From assembly GCA_033723415.1 (NCBI GenBank), contig JAWVXD010000004.1:32001-96000 (forward strand): DNA of 64,000 nt, in the 5' to 3' direction. Within the stretch, counting starts at the first letter, position 1; every line of letters begins with the position of its first letter. The notes under the pieces were generated by a model. It was given only the letters and a program-made list of their open reading frames with translations. It was not told the DNA's origin and searched no databases. The position numbers were made by a program, and so were the translations under genes. The stretch is from Sulfurospirillaceae bacterium (lineage in GTDB: Bacteria; Campylobacterota; Campylobacteria; Campylobacterales; Sulfurospirillaceae). Positions 1 through 12,086 of this stretch are shown in pieces.

Positions 1-248
1 ATAATAAAAAGAGCAACGTCTTCTAACATTCCTCTTATACTGTCAAATTCGTGTGTTACGCCTTCAATTTTTACTGCAATCGGCGCATAACCTACGGTTG
101 AACTGAACAATAGTCTTCTTAAGGGATGAGCTAGTGTCACAGCAAAACCAGATTCAAAAGGATAAGCAATCACTCTAATCTTATTTGGAGCAATATTTTC
201 AACTTCTATTTCTGTTGGTATATGTGCTGATGTATTAATACTTTTCAT
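1..248 (-). CDS. rpoA: RNA polymerase alpha subunit (5' part, runs off window start)
   Basis: Manual translation [18 protein letters not shown]...[17 protein letters not shown]...[12 protein letters not shown]; follows rpsD in alpha operon. Confidence 0.97.
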   Translation of the reverse strand, partial: MKSINTSAHIPTEIEVENIAPNKIRVIAYPFESGFAVTLAHPLRRLLFSSTVGYAPIAVKIEGVTHEFDSIRGMLEDVALFI

Positions 249-263
249 AACACTCCCTACTTA

Positions 264-890
264 TTATTTAGAGTATAGCTCAACGATTAATCTTTCTTCA
301 ACCGGAATAACTACTTCTTCTCGATCTGGTATACGAGTAAATATACCAAACACTTTGCTTGTATCTATGTCAACCCAAGGAACTATTCCCGTTTGTGCAG
401 TTAACTCTAATGCACGAACAATTTGTGGGTTGTTTTTAGATTTTTCACATACTTCTATTTTATCACCTGGTTTTACTGTGTATGATGGAATATCTAATTT
501 CTTTCCATTTACAAGTACATGACCATGTGTTACTAATTGACGAGCAAATCTTCTAGTTGTTGCAAAACCCATTCTGTAAGCAACATTATCCAATCTTCTC
601 TCGATCAATAAAATAAGGTTCGAACCTGTGTTCCCCTCTTTTTTATTTGCATCTGAAAAAAGTCTTCTAAACTGTTTTTCAGAAACACCATACATAAATT
701 TTGCTTTTTGCTTCTCTCTTAATTGAAGCCCGTATTCACTAATTTTTGTTCTTCTTTGACCGTGTTGACCAGGGGCATAAGGTCGTTTATCCAGCGCACT
801 TTTACCAGCTAGGCGACGCTCACCTTTAAGAGCTAGACTTACGCCTAGTCTTCTTTCCAACTTTTCAACTGGTCCTCTATATCTCGCCAT
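264..890 (-). CDS. rpsD: 30S ribosomal protein S4
   Basis: MARYRGP...PGQHG...ERRLDNV...IVELYSK; operon position. Confidence 0.99.
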   Translation of the reverse strand: MARYRGPVEKLERRLGVSLALKGERRLAGKSALDKRPYAPGQHGQRRTKISEYGLQLREKQKAKFMYGVSEKQFRRLFSDANKKEGNTGSNLILLIERRLDNVAYRMGFATTRRFARQLVTHGHVLVNGKKLDIPSYTVKPGDKIEVCEKSKNNPQIVRALELTAQTGIVPWVDIDTSKVFGIFTRIPDREEVVIPVEERLIVELYSK

Positions 891-962
891 CTTTTCTCCT
901 AATTTAATGCATAACCAAAAAAATTAATATTATATTATTAAGTACCTAATTCTATTTTAGAA

Positions 963-1355
963 TTAAACTCTTCTTCTTTTTGGAGGTCTACAACCGTTGT
1001 GCGGTAAAGGAGTAATGTCTTTTAAAAAACTAACTCTTAAACCCTCTGATGCACCTACGCTTTTAACCGCTGTCTCACGACCGCTTCCAGGACCTTGAAC
1101 TTTTATTCCAAGCTCTTTGATGCCATGTTCTTTTGCTTTTGCTAATGCATCATCAACTGCTTGTTGTGCTGCATACGGAGTTGATTTTTTGCTGCCTTTA
1201 AAGCCTAGGCTTCCGGCACTGCTCCACGCAATAACATTTCCCATCTCATCAGTTACAGTTACTACAGTGTTATTGAATGATGCAGAGATAAAGATTATCC
1301 CTTTTGCAATATTTTTCTTAACAACTTTTTTTCTAGCTACTTTTCTTTTTGCCAT
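963..1355 (-). CDS. rpsK: 30S ribosomal protein S11
   Basis: [33 protein letters not shown]. Confidence 0.99.
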   Translation of the reverse strand: MAKRKVARKKVVKKNIAKGIIFISASFNNTVVTVTDEMGNVIAWSSAGSLGFKGSKKSTPYAAQQAVDDALAKAKEHGIKELGIKVQGPGSGRETAVKSVGASEGLRVSFLKDITPLPHNGCRPPKRRRV

Positions 1356-1373
1356 CTGTTTCCCTTTGAGACT

Positions 1374-1742
1374 CTATTTAGCTTTTGCGCCGACGGTTCT
1401 TTTCTTACCTTTTCTTGTTCGCGCATTAGTTTTTGTTTTTTGACCTCTAACAGGAAGTCCTCGTCTATGTCTTAGACCTCTGTAGCTACCCATATCCATC
1501 AAGGATTTTATATCCATAGCAACTTTTTTTCTTAAGTCACCTTCAACTGAATAATTTTGTTGCAATTCATTTCTGATCGCAGCAACTTCATCTTCGTTTA
1601 GCTCACTAGCTCTTTTGTCATAAGAAATGCCTGTAGCATTTAATATTAATCTTGAAGTAGTTAAACCAATACCGTAAATGTATGTTAAAGCATACTCTAC
1701 TCTTTTTTTGTTTGGAAGGTCTACACCTGCAATTCTTGCCAT
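1374..1742 (-). CDS. rpsM: 30S ribosomal protein S13
   Basis: Start trimmed to [10 protein letters not shown] at 1742; [15 protein letters not shown]. Confidence 0.98.
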   Translation of the reverse strand: MARIAGVDLPNKKRVEYALTYIYGIGLTTSRLILNATGISYDKRASELNEDEVAAIRNELQQNYSVEGDLRKKVAMDIKSLMDMGSYRGLRHRRGLPVRGQKTKTNARTRKGKKRTVGAKAK

Positions 1743-1744
1743 GC

Positions 1745-1858
1745 TTATCCTTGTCTCTGTTTGTGTTTTGGATTTACGCAAATGACTCTAACGACACCTT
1801 TTCGTTTGATCACTTTGCATTTATCGCACATCTTCTTTACAGAAGGTCGTACTTTCAT
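1745..1858 (-). CDS. rpmJ: 50S ribosomal protein L36 (Zn-ribbon form)
   Basis: Not in ORF track; manual translation [37 protein letters not shown]. Confidence 0.98.
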   Translation of the reverse strand: MKVRPSVKKMCDKCKVIKRKGVVRVICVNPKHKQRQG

Positions 1859-1994
1859 GTCTTTGCCTTTGTCTAATTTTCCACTTAATTTCGAGTAAAC
1901 TGTCACAGGTTTAGAGACTTTTGACTAAACCAACAATTGAAAAAATAGTGGGTTTTTTTCAATTCTTCTTCACACAGTTGTACAAAAGGTTTGT

Positions 1995-2000
1995 ATTATA
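1995..2000 (-). promoter_or_regulatory. Putative sigma-70 -10 box of the rpmJ-rpsMKD-rpoA (alpha) operon
   Basis: TATAAT on minus strand in the infA-rpmJ gap with AT-rich upstream sequence. Confidence 0.55.
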
Positions 2001-2019
2001 CATAAAATAAGCTAATAAA

Positions 2020-2238
2020 TTACTTATACCTATATGTAATACGTCCTTTATCTAAACTATAAGGCGTCAGTTCAACTTTCACCTTGTCACCTGGCATTAT
2101 TTTAATATAATGCATCCTCATCTTTCCAGCTATGTGACATAAAATCACATGGTTGTTTTGAACTTCGACTTTAAAAGTTGCATTTGGTAATGCTTCTACA
2201 ACTTTACCGTCAATTTCAATAACATCATCTTTTGCCAT
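2020..2238 (-). CDS. infA: Translation initiation factor IF-1
   Basis: [11 protein letters not shown]...LPNATF...SPY-like [13 protein letters not shown]. Confidence 0.99.
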   Translation of the reverse strand: MAKDDVIEIDGKVVEALPNATFKVEVQNNHVILCHIAGKMRMHYIKIMPGDKVKVELTPYSLDKGRITYRYK

Positions 2239-2363
2239 TCTACCTCCTATTTAACGGTTTCCTTTGAAAGCAGCCAAGCTACTTTCAAATTCCTTGCACT
2301 AAAGCTTGCGCCTTGCGCAGAGTGTTTTACTCGATGATTCGTTAAAACACGCTTTTTTGCTCT

Positions 2364-2408
2364 TGTTAGGTGGCTTGTAAAACTGTAAGTTTCACAAGCC
2401 ACCTAACA
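2364..2408 (-). repeat. Long inverted repeat / 21-bp RNA hairpin right after map stop
   Basis: TGTTAGGTGGCTTGT...ACAAGCCACCTAACA perfect 15 bp; extends to 21 bp with one G-U pair on the mRNA strand. Confidence 0.85.
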
Positions 2409-2410
2409 TA

Positions 2411-3169
2411 CTATTCTACAGAAAGAATTTCTGCTTTATTGTTTATGATTGCAATGCAGTGTTCATAGTGACTGCCACGCATTCCATCAGTTGAAACTAC
2501 TGACCATTTATCACCTAATACTTTTGCCGTAACGTCTTTGTGACATATCATCGGCTCAAGACAAAAAACCATACCGTTTTTTATTTTTGGACCCTGTTTA
2601 GGGTTGTTCCCATCTAGATAATTTGGTATTTCCGGCTCTTCATGCGGCTTTTGACCGATTCCATGACCACAATAACTGTGAAGCGGTACAAATCCTCTAG
2701 CATTTATGAACTTTTCCATTTCAAAGCTCAATTCTTTAAAACGCATCCCTGCTTCTATAATGTCTATAGCAAAATAAAGTGTATCTTTAGCACATGCTAT
2801 CAGATTTTCATCATCTTTTGATATCTTTCCTACACCGACCGTCACAGCTGCATCACCAAACCAACCATCTAGTTTTGTGCCGATATCAAGACCTACGATA
2901 TCTCCTTCTTTGACAACATAATCAGTTGGAATGCCGTGTATTATAACTTCATTAACCGAGGTACATACTCCGGCTGGAAATCCATAAAGACCTTTAAAAG
3001 CTGGAGTTGCGCCATGTGAGTAGATAAAATCTTCACCCAAGGCATTGATCTCTTTAAGACTCATACCCGGGCGAAGTTCATTTGATAGATAATTTAGTGT
3101 TTTTGCTACAATCTTATTTGCCGCACGCATTTTCTCGATTTGTGCCAAGCTTTTAAGATTTATTGCCAT
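2411..3169 (-). CDS. map: Methionine aminopeptidase type I
   Basis: CTSVNEVIIHGIP, GHGIG, HEEP, EPMI, HYEH motifs; start trimmed to MAINLK. Confidence 0.98.
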   Translation of the reverse strand: MAINLKSLAQIEKMRAANKIVAKTLNYLSNELRPGMSLKEINALGEDFIYSHGATPAFKGLYGFPAGVCTSVNEVIIHGIPTDYVVKEGDIVGLDIGTKLDGWFGDAAVTVGVGKISKDDENLIACAKDTLYFAIDIIEAGMRFKELSFEMEKFINARGFVPLHSYCGHGIGQKPHEEPEIPNYLDGNNPKQGPKIKNGMVFCLEPMICHKDVTAKVLGDKWSVVSTDGMRGSHYEHCIAIINNKAEILSVE

Positions 3170-3170
3170 T

Positions 3171-4433
3171 TTATAATCCGACTGCACTTAAAGTTTCATA
3201 TTTGCTCATATAAATCTGGGCTTCGATCTTTCTCATTGTATCAAGTGCGACTTGAACAACTATCAGTACAGCTGTTCCACCAAAATAGAACGGCACACCC
3301 ATAACTTTTACCAATATCCATGGAAGAGTTGAAATCAATCCAAGGTATATAGCTCCCCAAAATGTAAGGCGACTTGCTACATCGTTTAAAAAATCAGCCG
3401 TGTGAATTCCTGGTCTAACACCTGGAATAAATCCGCCTTGTTTTTTCAAGTTTTCAGATATATCTTTCGCGTTAAATACAATTGAAGCATAAAAATATGA
3501 AAAGAATATTACAAATAAAAAGGTTAATACATTAAATACATAGCTATTCGGGCTTAAAAAATCTCTAATACTGAGTACGATAGGATTCGTACTTGTTTGT
3601 AATAAAGTTGTTGGAAACATCAAAATAGCACTTGCAAATATCGGTGGTATAACGCCACTCAAGTTGACCTTGATAGGTACATAATTCATAATTCTTTTGT
3701 GTTGATTTTGCATCATTACTTTTCGTGAGTATGATATAGGCACTCTTCTCTCACCCATTTCAACATAGATGATAGATCCAACGGTCACGAGAATAACTAC
3801 AAGAATTGCCAACACTACTAAGAAGTTAAGCTCTCCTGTGTTTACTAGATTGATCGTGCCTCCGATGGCATGCGGTATTCCTGATACTATACCTGCAAAG
3901 ATGATTAAACTGATACCGTTACCTATGCCTCTTTGGGTGATCTGCTCACCAATCCACATAAGCAACATCGTGCCAGAAAGCATTGAGGCTGCTGCAATTG
4001 CAGTAAATGTTGTCATGTCGATCATAACAGCACTTTCTCCACCTCTTCCTGTTAATCCTCCTAGTCCCATAGATACACCGATAGCTTGAACTATCGTAAT
4101 ACCTATAGTTGCATAACGGATTATCTGCATATATTTCACCATACCGTCTCTCTCTTTTTTCATCTTTCCAAGAGTCGGAAATGTTGCTGCCAACAATTCC
4201 ATGACGATTGATGCAGTAATATAAGGCATAATACCCAAAGATATAATACTAAGTCGTTTTGCTGCATTACCACTAAACATGTTAAACATACCGAGTGCAT
4301 TTGAGCTATTTGAATTAAAAAATTCTTTTACAACATCCAAGTTTACGCCCGGAACCGGAACATATGCTAGGATTCTGTATGCAAATATAAAGCCTAAGGT
4401 GATTAATATTTTTTTAGTTAAGTCTTTACTCAT
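3171..4433 (-). CDS. secY: Preprotein translocase SecY
   Basis: LGIMPYITASI, GIGNGISLIIFAGI, FIPGVRPG, FGGTAVLIVV. Confidence 0.99.
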   Translation of the reverse strand: MSKDLTKKILITLGFIFAYRILAYVPVPGVNLDVVKEFFNSNSSNALGMFNMFSGNAAKRLSIISLGIMPYITASIVMELLAATFPTLGKMKKERDGMVKYMQIIRYATIGITIVQAIGVSMGLGGLTGRGGESAVMIDMTTFTAIAAASMLSGTMLLMWIGEQITQRGIGNGISLIIFAGIVSGIPHAIGGTINLVNTGELNFLVVLAILVVILVTVGSIIYVEMGERRVPISYSRKVMMQNQHKRIMNYVPIKVNLSGVIPPIFASAILMFPTTLLQTSTNPIVLSIRDFLSPNSYVFNVLTFLFVIFFSYFYASIVFNAKDISENLKKQGGFIPGVRPGIHTADFLNDVASRLTFWGAIYLGLISTLPWILVKVMGVPFYFGGTAVLIVVQVALDTMRKIEAQIYMSKYETLSAVGL

Positions 4434-4572
4434 TCAGCTATCTCCTTTAGCTTGGACGTTGTCCAATCTAAATTTCTCTCGCAAAAATATGAAGCCGATA
4501 TTTCTCTGTTAATAACAGACGCGAGAGAAACAGTTAAAATTTGTTTTTTGTTTTTATTGAAACAAAGTTGTT

Positions 4573-4977
4573 TCACTTATTCATCCCGCTATAAAGCACA
4601 TTTTCATCTTTTATCTTGGATGCAAGATCTTCAACCCCATTACCGATTAACTTAACTTTTTTAACGGAATTAGATATTTTATGCACACTTTTCAATGAAT
4701 CCAAAGTGATCTCTTCTAGTGCCAATACTGATTTTATCTTCTCTATATTTATCACATAAGGTTTAACTAATCCAGAATAAAAACCAACTTTTGGAAGTCT
4801 TCTTTGAAGAGGCTGCTGTCCACCTTCAAATCCTCTTTTTATACTGTAACCTGTACGAGATTTTTGACCGTTTGATCCTCTACTCGCAGTTTTTCCCATG
4901 CCGGAAGCTTGTCCTCTACCAACTCTTTTTGTCTTATGTGTTGAGTTATCTGCCGGTGTTAGATTATTTAATGCCAT
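4573..4977 (-). CDS. rplO: 50S ribosomal protein L15
   Basis: [28 protein letters not shown]. Confidence 0.99.
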   Translation of the reverse strand: MALNNLTPADNSTHKTKRVGRGQASGMGKTASRGSNGQKSRTGYSIKRGFEGGQQPLQRRLPKVGFYSGLVKPYVINIEKIKSVLALEEITLDSLKSVHKISNSVKKVKLIGNGVEDLASKIKDENVLYSGMNK

Positions 4978-4991
4978 CTGTAAACCTTCCT

Positions 4992-5435
4992 TTAGCTTTT
5001 TATCATGCTAAGAGCTTTTAGAGTTGCTCTTACCACATTTGAAGCATTGTTTGAACCCAATGACTTAGTCAAAATGTCTTTTATACCTGCAAGTTCAACA
5101 ACCGGACGTGTTGCACCACCTGCGATGATTCCTGTACCTTCGCTGGCAGGCTTCAATAAAATACGGCTAGCATTGAATTTTACTTCTACGTCATGTGCTA
5201 TAGTTGAACCTTTAACATTGATTTCAACAATATTTTTGAAAGCATCGTCAACAGCCTTTTTAATTGCGTTAGGAACCTCTTTAGCTTTACCGAAACCATA
5301 GCCTACAAGTCCATTTTTGTTGCCAACTACGACTAAAGCAGTAAATCTAAATCTTCTACCTCCCTTGACAACTTTTGTAACACGGCCAATATTAACGATA
5401 ACTTCTTCGAACTCTTCTCTGTTATATTTTTCCAT
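4992..5435 (-). CDS. rpsE: 30S ribosomal protein S5
   Basis: [22 protein letters not shown]. Confidence 0.99.
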   Translation of the reverse strand: MEKYNREEFEEVIVNIGRVTKVVKGGRRFRFTALVVVGNKNGLVGYGFGKAKEVPNAIKKAVDDAFKNIVEINVKGSTIAHDVEVKFNASRILLKPASEGTGIIAGGATRPVVELAGIKDILTKSLGSNNASNVVRATLKALSMIKS

Positions 5436-5453
5436 TATATCGTTCCTCTTAAT

Positions 5454-5810
5454 TTACAGTGTGATACCGTTTTCTCTTAGTCCGTCTGCAAAAGCAGCCA
5501 CAACACCATGATAGAGATAACCATTTCTATCAAAAACCACCTTGTTCAAGCCTTTAGAACTTAGAGTTTCTGCAAAAGTTTTTGCAAGTTTAACTGCGTC
5601 TTCTTTATTAGCTTTCAAACCAAGTTTATTTCCGTCAATACTTGCTAAAGTCACACCATTTACATCATCAATAGCTTGAGCATAAAGTGCTCTGTTTGAT
5701 TTGTATATAGATAGTCTAACTAATTCGCTAGTGCCAGAAATATTAGCTCTTATTCTTCTTTTACGCTTAATTCTTAGATTAATTTTGCGTCTTAAAACAT
5801 TTGTTCTCAT
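5454..5810 (-). CDS. rplR: 50S ribosomal protein L18
   Basis: [12 protein letters not shown]; operon order. Confidence 0.98.
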   Translation of the reverse strand: MRTNVLRRKINLRIKRKRRIRANISGTSELVRLSIYKSNRALYAQAIDDVNGVTLASIDGNKLGLKANKEDAVKLAKTFAETLSSKGLNKVVFDRNGYLYHGVVAAFADGLRENGITL

Positions 5811-5818
5811 TTTTACCT

Positions 5819-6355
5819 CTATTTCTTAGCTGTTTTACCGGCTTTGCGGATAATAACTTCGTCTGAATATTTAACGCCCTTGCCTTTGTATGGCTCAGGT
5901 GGTCTAAATGCTCTCACTTCTGCTGCGATCTGTCCAATAACTTGTTTATCATCACCTGATATAGTTATAATATTTTTTTCTACCGTTATTTGAACATCTT
6001 TTGGAAATTCATAATTTATAGGATGTGAAAAACCAAGTTGCAATTCTAAAACATTACCGTTTACGGCAGCTCTATAACCAACACCGTTGATCTCAAGAAT
6101 TTTTTTGAAACCCTCTGTCAATCCTGTTATAATGTTTTGGCTTAGAGATCTATATGTTCCCCAAAATGCACGATCTTTTCTATCATCGCTTTTAGATGCA
6201 AAAATAATGTTGTTATCTTCAACTTTTACATCAACATTGCCCTTAGTGTCCAATTCTTTTGTAACACTGCCTTTTTTAAAAACCACTACCAAGTCATTTA
6301 TTGATACTTCAACACCGCTTGGTATTACTACTGGTTGTTTTCCAATACGAGACAT
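5819..6355 (-). CDS. rplF: 50S ribosomal protein L6
   Basis: [18 protein letters not shown]. Confidence 0.99.
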   Translation of the reverse strand: MSRIGKQPVVIPSGVEVSINDLVVVFKKGSVTKELDTKGNVDVKVEDNNIIFASKSDDRKDRAFWGTYRSLSQNIITGLTEGFKKILEINGVGYRAAVNGNVLELQLGFSHPINYEFPKDVQITVEKNIITISGDDKQVIGQIAAEVRAFRPPEPYKGKGVKYSDEVIIRKAGKTAKK

Positions 6356-6428
6356 TTTTTTCCTTTTACTTGTCTACGATAAGTCTACATCTTAAAATGG
6401 ATATCGAATACCATAAAAAGAAAACTTC

Positions 6429-6824
6429 TTACCAAATACTACAAAGAAGTTCGCCGCCAAGTCCTGCTTTATGAGCGTCTTCATTACTAAGTACACCTTT
6501 TGATGTACTAACCACTATCGTACCATAGCCATTTTTAAAGCGTTTTATTTCATCTTTGCCTTTGTAGACTCTTCTACCCGGTTTTGATATTTTTTTCACT
6601 TCAGTAATAACACTATTGCTATCATTTCCATACTTGAGTACGACTTTTATAAATTTTTTGTTACCATCTTCAACAACATTAAAACTTTCGATATAACCTT
6701 TGTCTTGGAAAATTACCAAAACAGATTCTACTAAATTTGAATGCATAAGTTGAGTAACATCTAATTTTCTCATTGACGCATTTCTAACTCTTGTCAACGC
6801 GTCCGCTAAGAGATCATTAATCAT
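6429..6824 (-). CDS. rpsH: 30S ribosomal protein S8
   Basis: [19 protein letters not shown]. Confidence 0.99.
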   Translation of the reverse strand: MINDLLADALTRVRNASMRKLDVTQLMHSNLVESVLVIFQDKGYIESFNVVEDGNKKFIKVVLKYGNDSNSVITEVKKISKPGRRVYKGKDEIKRFKNGYGTIVVSTSKGVLSNEDAHKAGLGGELLCSIW

Positions 6825-6833
6825 TGCTATTCC

Positions 6834-7019
6834 TTACCAGCTTGCTTTTTTAAGTCCGGGAATCAGACCTTCGTTTGCCATTTTTCTTAGACAAATTCTA
6901 CAAATACCAAAATCTTTATATACTGAATGTGGACGTCCACAAATTTGACATCTAGTATATGCTCTTGTACTAAATTTCGCTTTTCTCTGTGCCTTAGCTA
7001 TCATTGATTTTTTTGCCAT
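6834..7019 (-). CDS. rpsN: 30S ribosomal protein S14, short Zn-binding (type Z) form
   Basis: MAKKSM...RCQICGR...GICRIC...KASW; start trimmed. Confidence 0.97.
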   Translation of the reverse strand: MAKKSMIAKAQRKAKFSTRAYTRCQICGRPHSVYKDFGICRICLRKMANEGLIPGLKKASW

Positions 7020-7020
7020 A

Positions 7021-7566
7021 TTAACGACCCTTTGCAAATGGTAGCCCGATTAACTCAAGAAGCCTAAAAGCTTGCTTGTCGTCACCGGCTGTTGTTACAA
7101 TTGTTATGTTCATTCCGTGAGTCTTTAATATATTATCATATTCAACTTCTGGGAACATTAATTGCTCATCTAAACCAAAGTTGTAGTTAGCCCTACCGTC
7201 AAATCCATTTCTAGGTAAACCACGGAAATCTTTAACTCTAGGAAGCGCAACAGAAATAAGTTTGTCTAAAAACGCAAACATTTGTTCATCTCTTAATGTA
7301 ACTTTTACGCCAACTGGGTAACCTTCTCTTACTTTAAAACCTGCAACAGATTTTTTAGCAAGAGTCACAACCGCTTTTTGTCCGGCTATAAGAGAAATCG
7401 TGTCAGTAATATTTTGAATTACTTTATTGTCTTTTCCTTCTTCTCCGGCACCAACACTGATAACCACTTTTTCAAGAGCAGGTATTAGCATAGGGTTTTT
7501 GATATCAAATTCTTTAACTAATGCAGGTTTGATCTCAACACTTAATTTTTCTTTTAATCTATTCAT
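7021..7566 (-). CDS. rplE: 50S ribosomal protein L5
   Basis: [19 protein letters not shown] motifs. Confidence 0.99.
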   Translation of the reverse strand: MNRLKEKLSVEIKPALVKEFDIKNPMLIPALEKVVISVGAGEEGKDNKVIQNITDTISLIAGQKAVVTLAKKSVAGFKVREGYPVGVKVTLRDEQMFAFLDKLISVALPRVKDFRGLPRNGFDGRANYNFGLDEQLMFPEVEYDNILKTHGMNITIVTTAGDDKQAFRLLELIGLPFAKGR

Positions 7567-7802
7567 TACTCACCCTCAACTTTTGCTACATTTGAAATGT
7601 GAATTGGAGTCTCTTTGTTGATAAATCCGCCTTTTGGGTTGTTATCATCAGGCTTGATCGCCTTTTTGACAACTTTACAGCCTTCAACAATCACACTAGA
7701 GTTTTTTGGGAATACTGCCTTGACTTTTGCAATCTTTCCTTTATCGTCTCCGGCGATTATCTTCACGCTATCGCCTTTTTTAATCTTAAATTTAACAGAC
7801 AT
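7566..7802 (-). CDS. rplX: 50S ribosomal protein L24
   Basis: [19 protein letters not shown] motif; PIHISNV. Confidence 0.98.
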   Translation of the reverse strand: MSVKFKIKKGDSVKIIAGDDKGKIAKVKAVFPKNSSVIVEGCKVVKKAIKPDDNNPKGGFINKETPIHISNVAKVEGE

Positions 7803-8170
7803 TATAGTACCTCCGGAGCAAGTGAAACTATTTTCATAAAGTTTGCATATCTTACTTCTCTACCGACCGGTCCAAAGATCCTTGTTCCGATAGGCTCTCT
7901 TTTACCGTCAAGTATTACAGCTGCATTTTCATCAAATCTTATTAAAGAACCGTTTTCTCTTTGGATCTCTTTTTTTGTTCTAACAACAACAGCTTTGATC
8001 ACTTGACCTTTTTTAACTTTTCCATTAGGTATTGCTTTTTTTACAGAAGCTACTATAACATCGCCGACGCTAGCATATCTTCTTTTACTTCCACCTAAAA
8101 CTTTTATACACATAATCTCTTTTGCACCACTATTATCGGCAACAGATAGTTTTGTAAAACTTTGGATCAT
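7802..8170 (-). CDS. rplN: 50S ribosomal protein L14
   Basis: [22 protein letters not shown]. Confidence 0.99.
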   Translation of the reverse strand: MIQSFTKLSVADNSGAKEIMCIKVLGGSKRRYASVGDVIVASVKKAIPNGKVKKGQVIKAVVVRTKKEIQRENGSLIRFDENAAVILDGKREPIGTRIFGPVGREVRYANFMKIVSLAPEVL

Positions 8171-8421
8171 TACTCAACTCCTACTGTTACGATTGTTTTC
8201 AATCTAAAAGCTTTTCTTTTAGACAGTGGTCTACACTCTATCGCAATAATTTCATCGCCTGCTTTTACTTGATTGTTTTCATCATGTACAAGATATTTTT
8301 TGAAGCGCTTAACAAATTTGCGATATTTAGGGTGCATAACTCTTCTCTCAACTAATATCGTAGCCGTTTTATCACCAGCTTTTTGTACAACTACGCCTTG
8401 TATCTCTCGGTTTAAAGCCAT
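8170..8421 (-). CDS. rpsQ: 30S ribosomal protein S17
   Basis: [15 protein letters not shown]. Confidence 0.98.
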   Translation of the reverse strand: MALNREIQGVVVQKAGDKTATILVERRVMHPKYRKFVKRFKKYLVHDENNQVKAGDEIIAIECRPLSKRKAFRLKTIVTVGVE

Positions 8422-8434
8422 TACTTTCCCCTAA

Positions 8435-8623
8435 TTACTTATTTTGAGCGGAAATAGCCGTATTAATACGTGCAATATCTCTTCTAACTTCTCTTAATTC
8501 ATTAGGATTAGTTAGTTGCATTGTTTTTAGCTTTTGTTTCAATGTGAACAAAAGCACCTTTTTTTCTTTTAATAACTCTAAAAGCTCTAAAGCGCTTTTT
8601 TCTGCTAAATCAATATACTTCAT
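8435..8623 (-). CDS. rpmC: 50S ribosomal protein L29
   Basis: [10 protein letters not shown]; operon order. Confidence 0.97.
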   Translation of the reverse strand: MKYIDLAEKSALELLELLKEKKVLLFTLKQKLKTMQLTNPNELREVRRDIARINTAISAQNK

Positions 8624-9035
8624 TTTCACTCGCTTTAGTTATAATCTTCGTCTTAAACGGTAGTTTATGCATCGCAAGAGTTAAAGCTTCTCTGGCAAGT
8701 TCTTCACTGACTCCTGCCATTTCATATATAATTCTACCAGGCTTGACATTCATAACCCATTTGTCTACTGAACCCTTACCTTTACCCATCCTAGTTTCTA
8801 ACGGCTTTGCTGTTAAAGGTTTGTCTGGGAATACGCGGATCCAAGTTTTTGCTTGACGATTAACTCTTCTTGTCATAGCAATCCTAGCAGCTTCGATTTG
8901 TCTTGAGTCAATACGTCCGGCTTCTGTTGCTTTAAGTGCAATTTCTCCAAAAGCTATAGAATTTCCTCTAAAAGACTTTCCACGATTTCTGCCTTTCATC
9001 TGCTTTTTATATTTTGTTCTCTTAGGCATTAACAT
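8610..9035 (-). CDS. rplP: 50S ribosomal protein L16
   Basis: [16 protein letters not shown]. Confidence 0.99.
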   Translation of the reverse strand: MLMPKRTKYKKQMKGRNRGKSFRGNSIAFGEIALKATEAGRIDSRQIEAARIAMTRRVNRQAKTWIRVFPDKPLTAKPLETRMGKGKGSVDKWVMNVKPGRIIYEMAGVSEELAREALTLAMHKLPFKTKIITKASENEVY

Positions 9036-9730
9036 TAGTTTTTACCTCTTCTTCTTGGTTTTCTGTTCTCTTCCGGCTCCGCTTTTTCAGCAGGAACACC
9101 CTTGCTTAAAACTTCACCTTTAAATATCCATACTTTTACGCCGATGATTCCATAAGTTGTATGAGCTTCTGCGAAACCATAATCAATCTTAGCTCTTAGC
9201 GTATGAAGAGGAACTCTTCCTTCAAGATACCATTCAGTTCTTGCCATCTCAGCTCCGCCAAGACGACCGGCAACTGCAACTTTAATACCTTTTGCACCAG
9301 ACTTTTGAGCACCTTGAATTACTTTTTTCATAGCTCTTCTAAAGGCGACTCTTCTCTCTAGCTGCATTGCAACATTTTCTGCGCACAGTTGAGCTGAAGC
9401 TTGAGCTTTTCGCTCTTCTTTAATATTAACGTTTACATCTTTACCGATAAGTTTATTCAGCTTTGCTCTTAATTTTTCAATGTCAGAGCCTTTTTTACCT
9501 ATGATAATACCAGGTCTAGCTGCTACTACGGTAACTCTTAGTTTCTTTGCAGTTCTTTCAATAATTATCTGGCTAACGCCTGCATAATAAAGTTCTTTTT
9601 TCAAAAAAGTTCTTATTTTATGATCTTCGCCGATATTTGTTGCCAAACTTGCGCCATTTGGAAACCATCTTGAGTCCCAATTTCTATTTATGCCAAGTCT
9701 TAAACCAATTGGATTTACTTTTTGACCCAT
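9035..9730 (-). CDS. rpsC: 30S ribosomal protein S3
   Basis: [23 protein letters not shown]. Confidence 0.99.
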   Translation of the reverse strand: MGQKVNPIGLRLGINRNWDSRWFPNGASLATNIGEDHKIRTFLKKELYYAGVSQIIIERTAKKLRVTVVAARPGIIIGKKGSDIEKLRAKLNKLIGKDVNVNIKEERKAQASAQLCAENVAMQLERRVAFRRAMKKVIQGAQKSGAKGIKVAVAGRLGGAEMARTEWYLEGRVPLHTLRAKIDYGFAEAHTTYGIIGVKVWIFKGEVLSKGVPAEKAEPEENRKPRRRGKN

Positions 9731-9731
9731 C

Positions 9732-10064
9732 TTAGTCTTCCTTCTTTGCAGCTTGATTTACTTCAACAAATACATGTGAAGTAGGCTTCCTGATACCACT
9801 AGCACTACCTCTTGCTCTTGGTCTAAATCGCTTAAGTACAGGGCCAGCGTCAACTCTACATGAAGATACAATAACTTCCTCTGGCTCGTAACCACCGTTT
9901 GCAACAGCAGAAGCGATCACTTTAGCTATTACTTTAGCACCTTTATTTGGAGTAAATTCCAAACTTGCAAGCGCTACTTCTGCATTCATTCCTTGCACTT
10001 CACGTGCAATTAATCTTGCCTTTGTAGGAGATAATCTAATAAATTTTAATATTGCCTTACTCAT
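9732..10064 (-). CDS. rplV: 50S ribosomal protein L22
   Basis: SAVAN, PRARG, KPTSH. Confidence 0.98.
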   Translation of the reverse strand: MSKAILKFIRLSPTKARLIAREVQGMNAEVALASLEFTPNKGAKVIAKVIASAVANGGYEPEEVIVSSCRVDAGPVLKRFRPRARGSASGIRKPTSHVFVEVNQAAKKED

Positions 10065-10073
10065 GCCATACCC

Positions 10074-10355
10074 CTACTTACCAATTTTCTTTTGAACAGA
10101 GCCTTTATGGCCTTTAAATGTTCTTGTTGGAGAAAATTCACCCATCTTGTAACCGATATGGTTTTCAGTTATATACACAGGGACAAAATTTCTGCCGTTA
10201 TGGACATTAAATGTCAATCCGATCATATCAGGAGTAATTGTACTTCTTCTTGACCAAGTTTTAATTGGCTTATTAGAATTTTCATCTTTTGCTGCTAATA
10301 CTTTCTTAGCTAAATGCTCATCTACAAAAGGACCTTTTTTTAGACTTCTTGCCAT
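10074..10355 (-). CDS. rpsS: 30S ribosomal protein S19
   Basis: [24 protein letters not shown]. Confidence 0.99.
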   Translation of the reverse strand: MARSLKKGPFVDEHLAKKVLAAKDENSNKPIKTWSRRSTITPDMIGLTFNVHNGRNFVPVYITENHIGYKMGEFSPTRTFKGHKGSVQKKIGK

Positions 10356-11186
10356 CTACTTTCCTTTTTTTCTAGAAATTATCAGTTTGTCACTCGCTTT
10401 TTTTCTACGAGTTTTAGCACCCTTAGTTGGTTTACCCCAAGGAGTAACAGGGTGACGACCTGAGTTCTTTTTACCTTCACCACCACCATGCGGGTGATCA
10501 ACTGGGTTCATGGCACTACCTCTTGTTTGAGGACGAATACCACGATGACGATTACGTCCAGCTTTACCAATGACGACATTTGCCCAATCTTCACAGCCGA
10601 CTGTTCCTATTGTTGCCATACATTCACTTAAAACTTGTCTCATCTCACCGCTTGGAAGTCTTAGTATTACATACTTTTCTTCTTTACCCATAAGTTGCGC
10701 ATAACCGCCGGCACTTCTTGCCATTTGCGCACCATGACCAGGTTTCATTTCTATGTTATGAATAATAGTACCGACAGGTATATTTTTCATTTTCATAGCA
10801 TTTCCAGGTTTGATGTCAAGTCCAGCTTCAGCAGAAGAAATTTTGTCTCCTACTTTTAAACCTGATGGTTGAATTATATATCTTTTTTCACCGTCAGTAT
10901 ATGTTATCAATGCAATACGACAATTTCTGTTTGGATCATATTCAATAGCGCTTACAACGCCTTCAATATCAAACTTTCTTCTTTTAAAATCTATAATTCT
11001 ATAAAGACGCTTTGCGCCACCTTGCTTATGACGAGAAGTAATTCTACCATTGTTGTTTCTACCTGCACTAACAGGAAGTTTTTTTAACAATGAAGGAACG
11101 CTCGCCTTAGCAGTAATATCGCTGCTGTCCAAACCTGTAACATATCTACGGCTTGGAGTATATGGTTTATATGATTTTATTGCCAT
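10356..11186 (-). CDS. rplB: 50S ribosomal protein L2
   Basis: [21 protein letters not shown]. Confidence 0.99.
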   Translation of the reverse strand: MAIKSYKPYTPSRRYVTGLDSSDITAKASVPSLLKKLPVSAGRNNNGRITSRHKQGGAKRLYRIIDFKRRKFDIEGVVSAIEYDPNRNCRIALITYTDGEKRYIIQPSGLKVGDKISSAEAGLDIKPGNAMKMKNIPVGTIIHNIEMKPGHGAQMARSAGGYAQLMGKEEKYVILRLPSGEMRQVLSECMATIGTVGCEDWANVVIGKAGRNRHRGIRPQTRGSAMNPVDHPHGGGEGKKNSGRHPVTPWGKPTKGAKTRRKKASDKLIISRKKGK

Positions 11187-11187
11187 A

Positions 11188-11469
11188 TTACGCCTCCAAA
11201 TTCTCTAGTTTAGCACCCTCAGGCAACTGAACATAGAATTTTTTCGTATCGGTTCTTTTACCCTGAATACCTTTAAATTTCTTTACTTTTCCCAAAACTC
11301 TCATTGAGTTAACTTTGAGTGGAGTAAAGCCAAAATACTCTCTTAAAACCTCTTTAAGACGGTTCTTTGTCATTCTAGTTGATGTCTGAATAACAACTGT
11401 ACCGTTTTCTTGAAGGCTTAAACTCTTTTCAGTATAAAGGATTGCTTTTATATCGGTTATATCTGCCAT
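11188..11469 (-). CDS. rplW: 50S ribosomal protein L23
   Basis: TEKS, KKFYV; operon order. Confidence 0.97.
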   Translation of the reverse strand: MADITDIKAILYTEKSLSLQENGTVVIQTSTRMTKNRLKEVLREYFGFTPLKVNSMRVLGKVKKFKGIQGKRTDTKKFYVQLPEGAKLENLEA

Positions 11470-11471
11470 GA

Positions 11472-12082
<611 letters not shown>

Positions 12083-12086
<4 letters not shown>

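Noticed and set aside
3169..4992. Absence of rpmD (L30) and adk from the spc operon
   Set aside because: Normal for Campylobacterota; not a lesion
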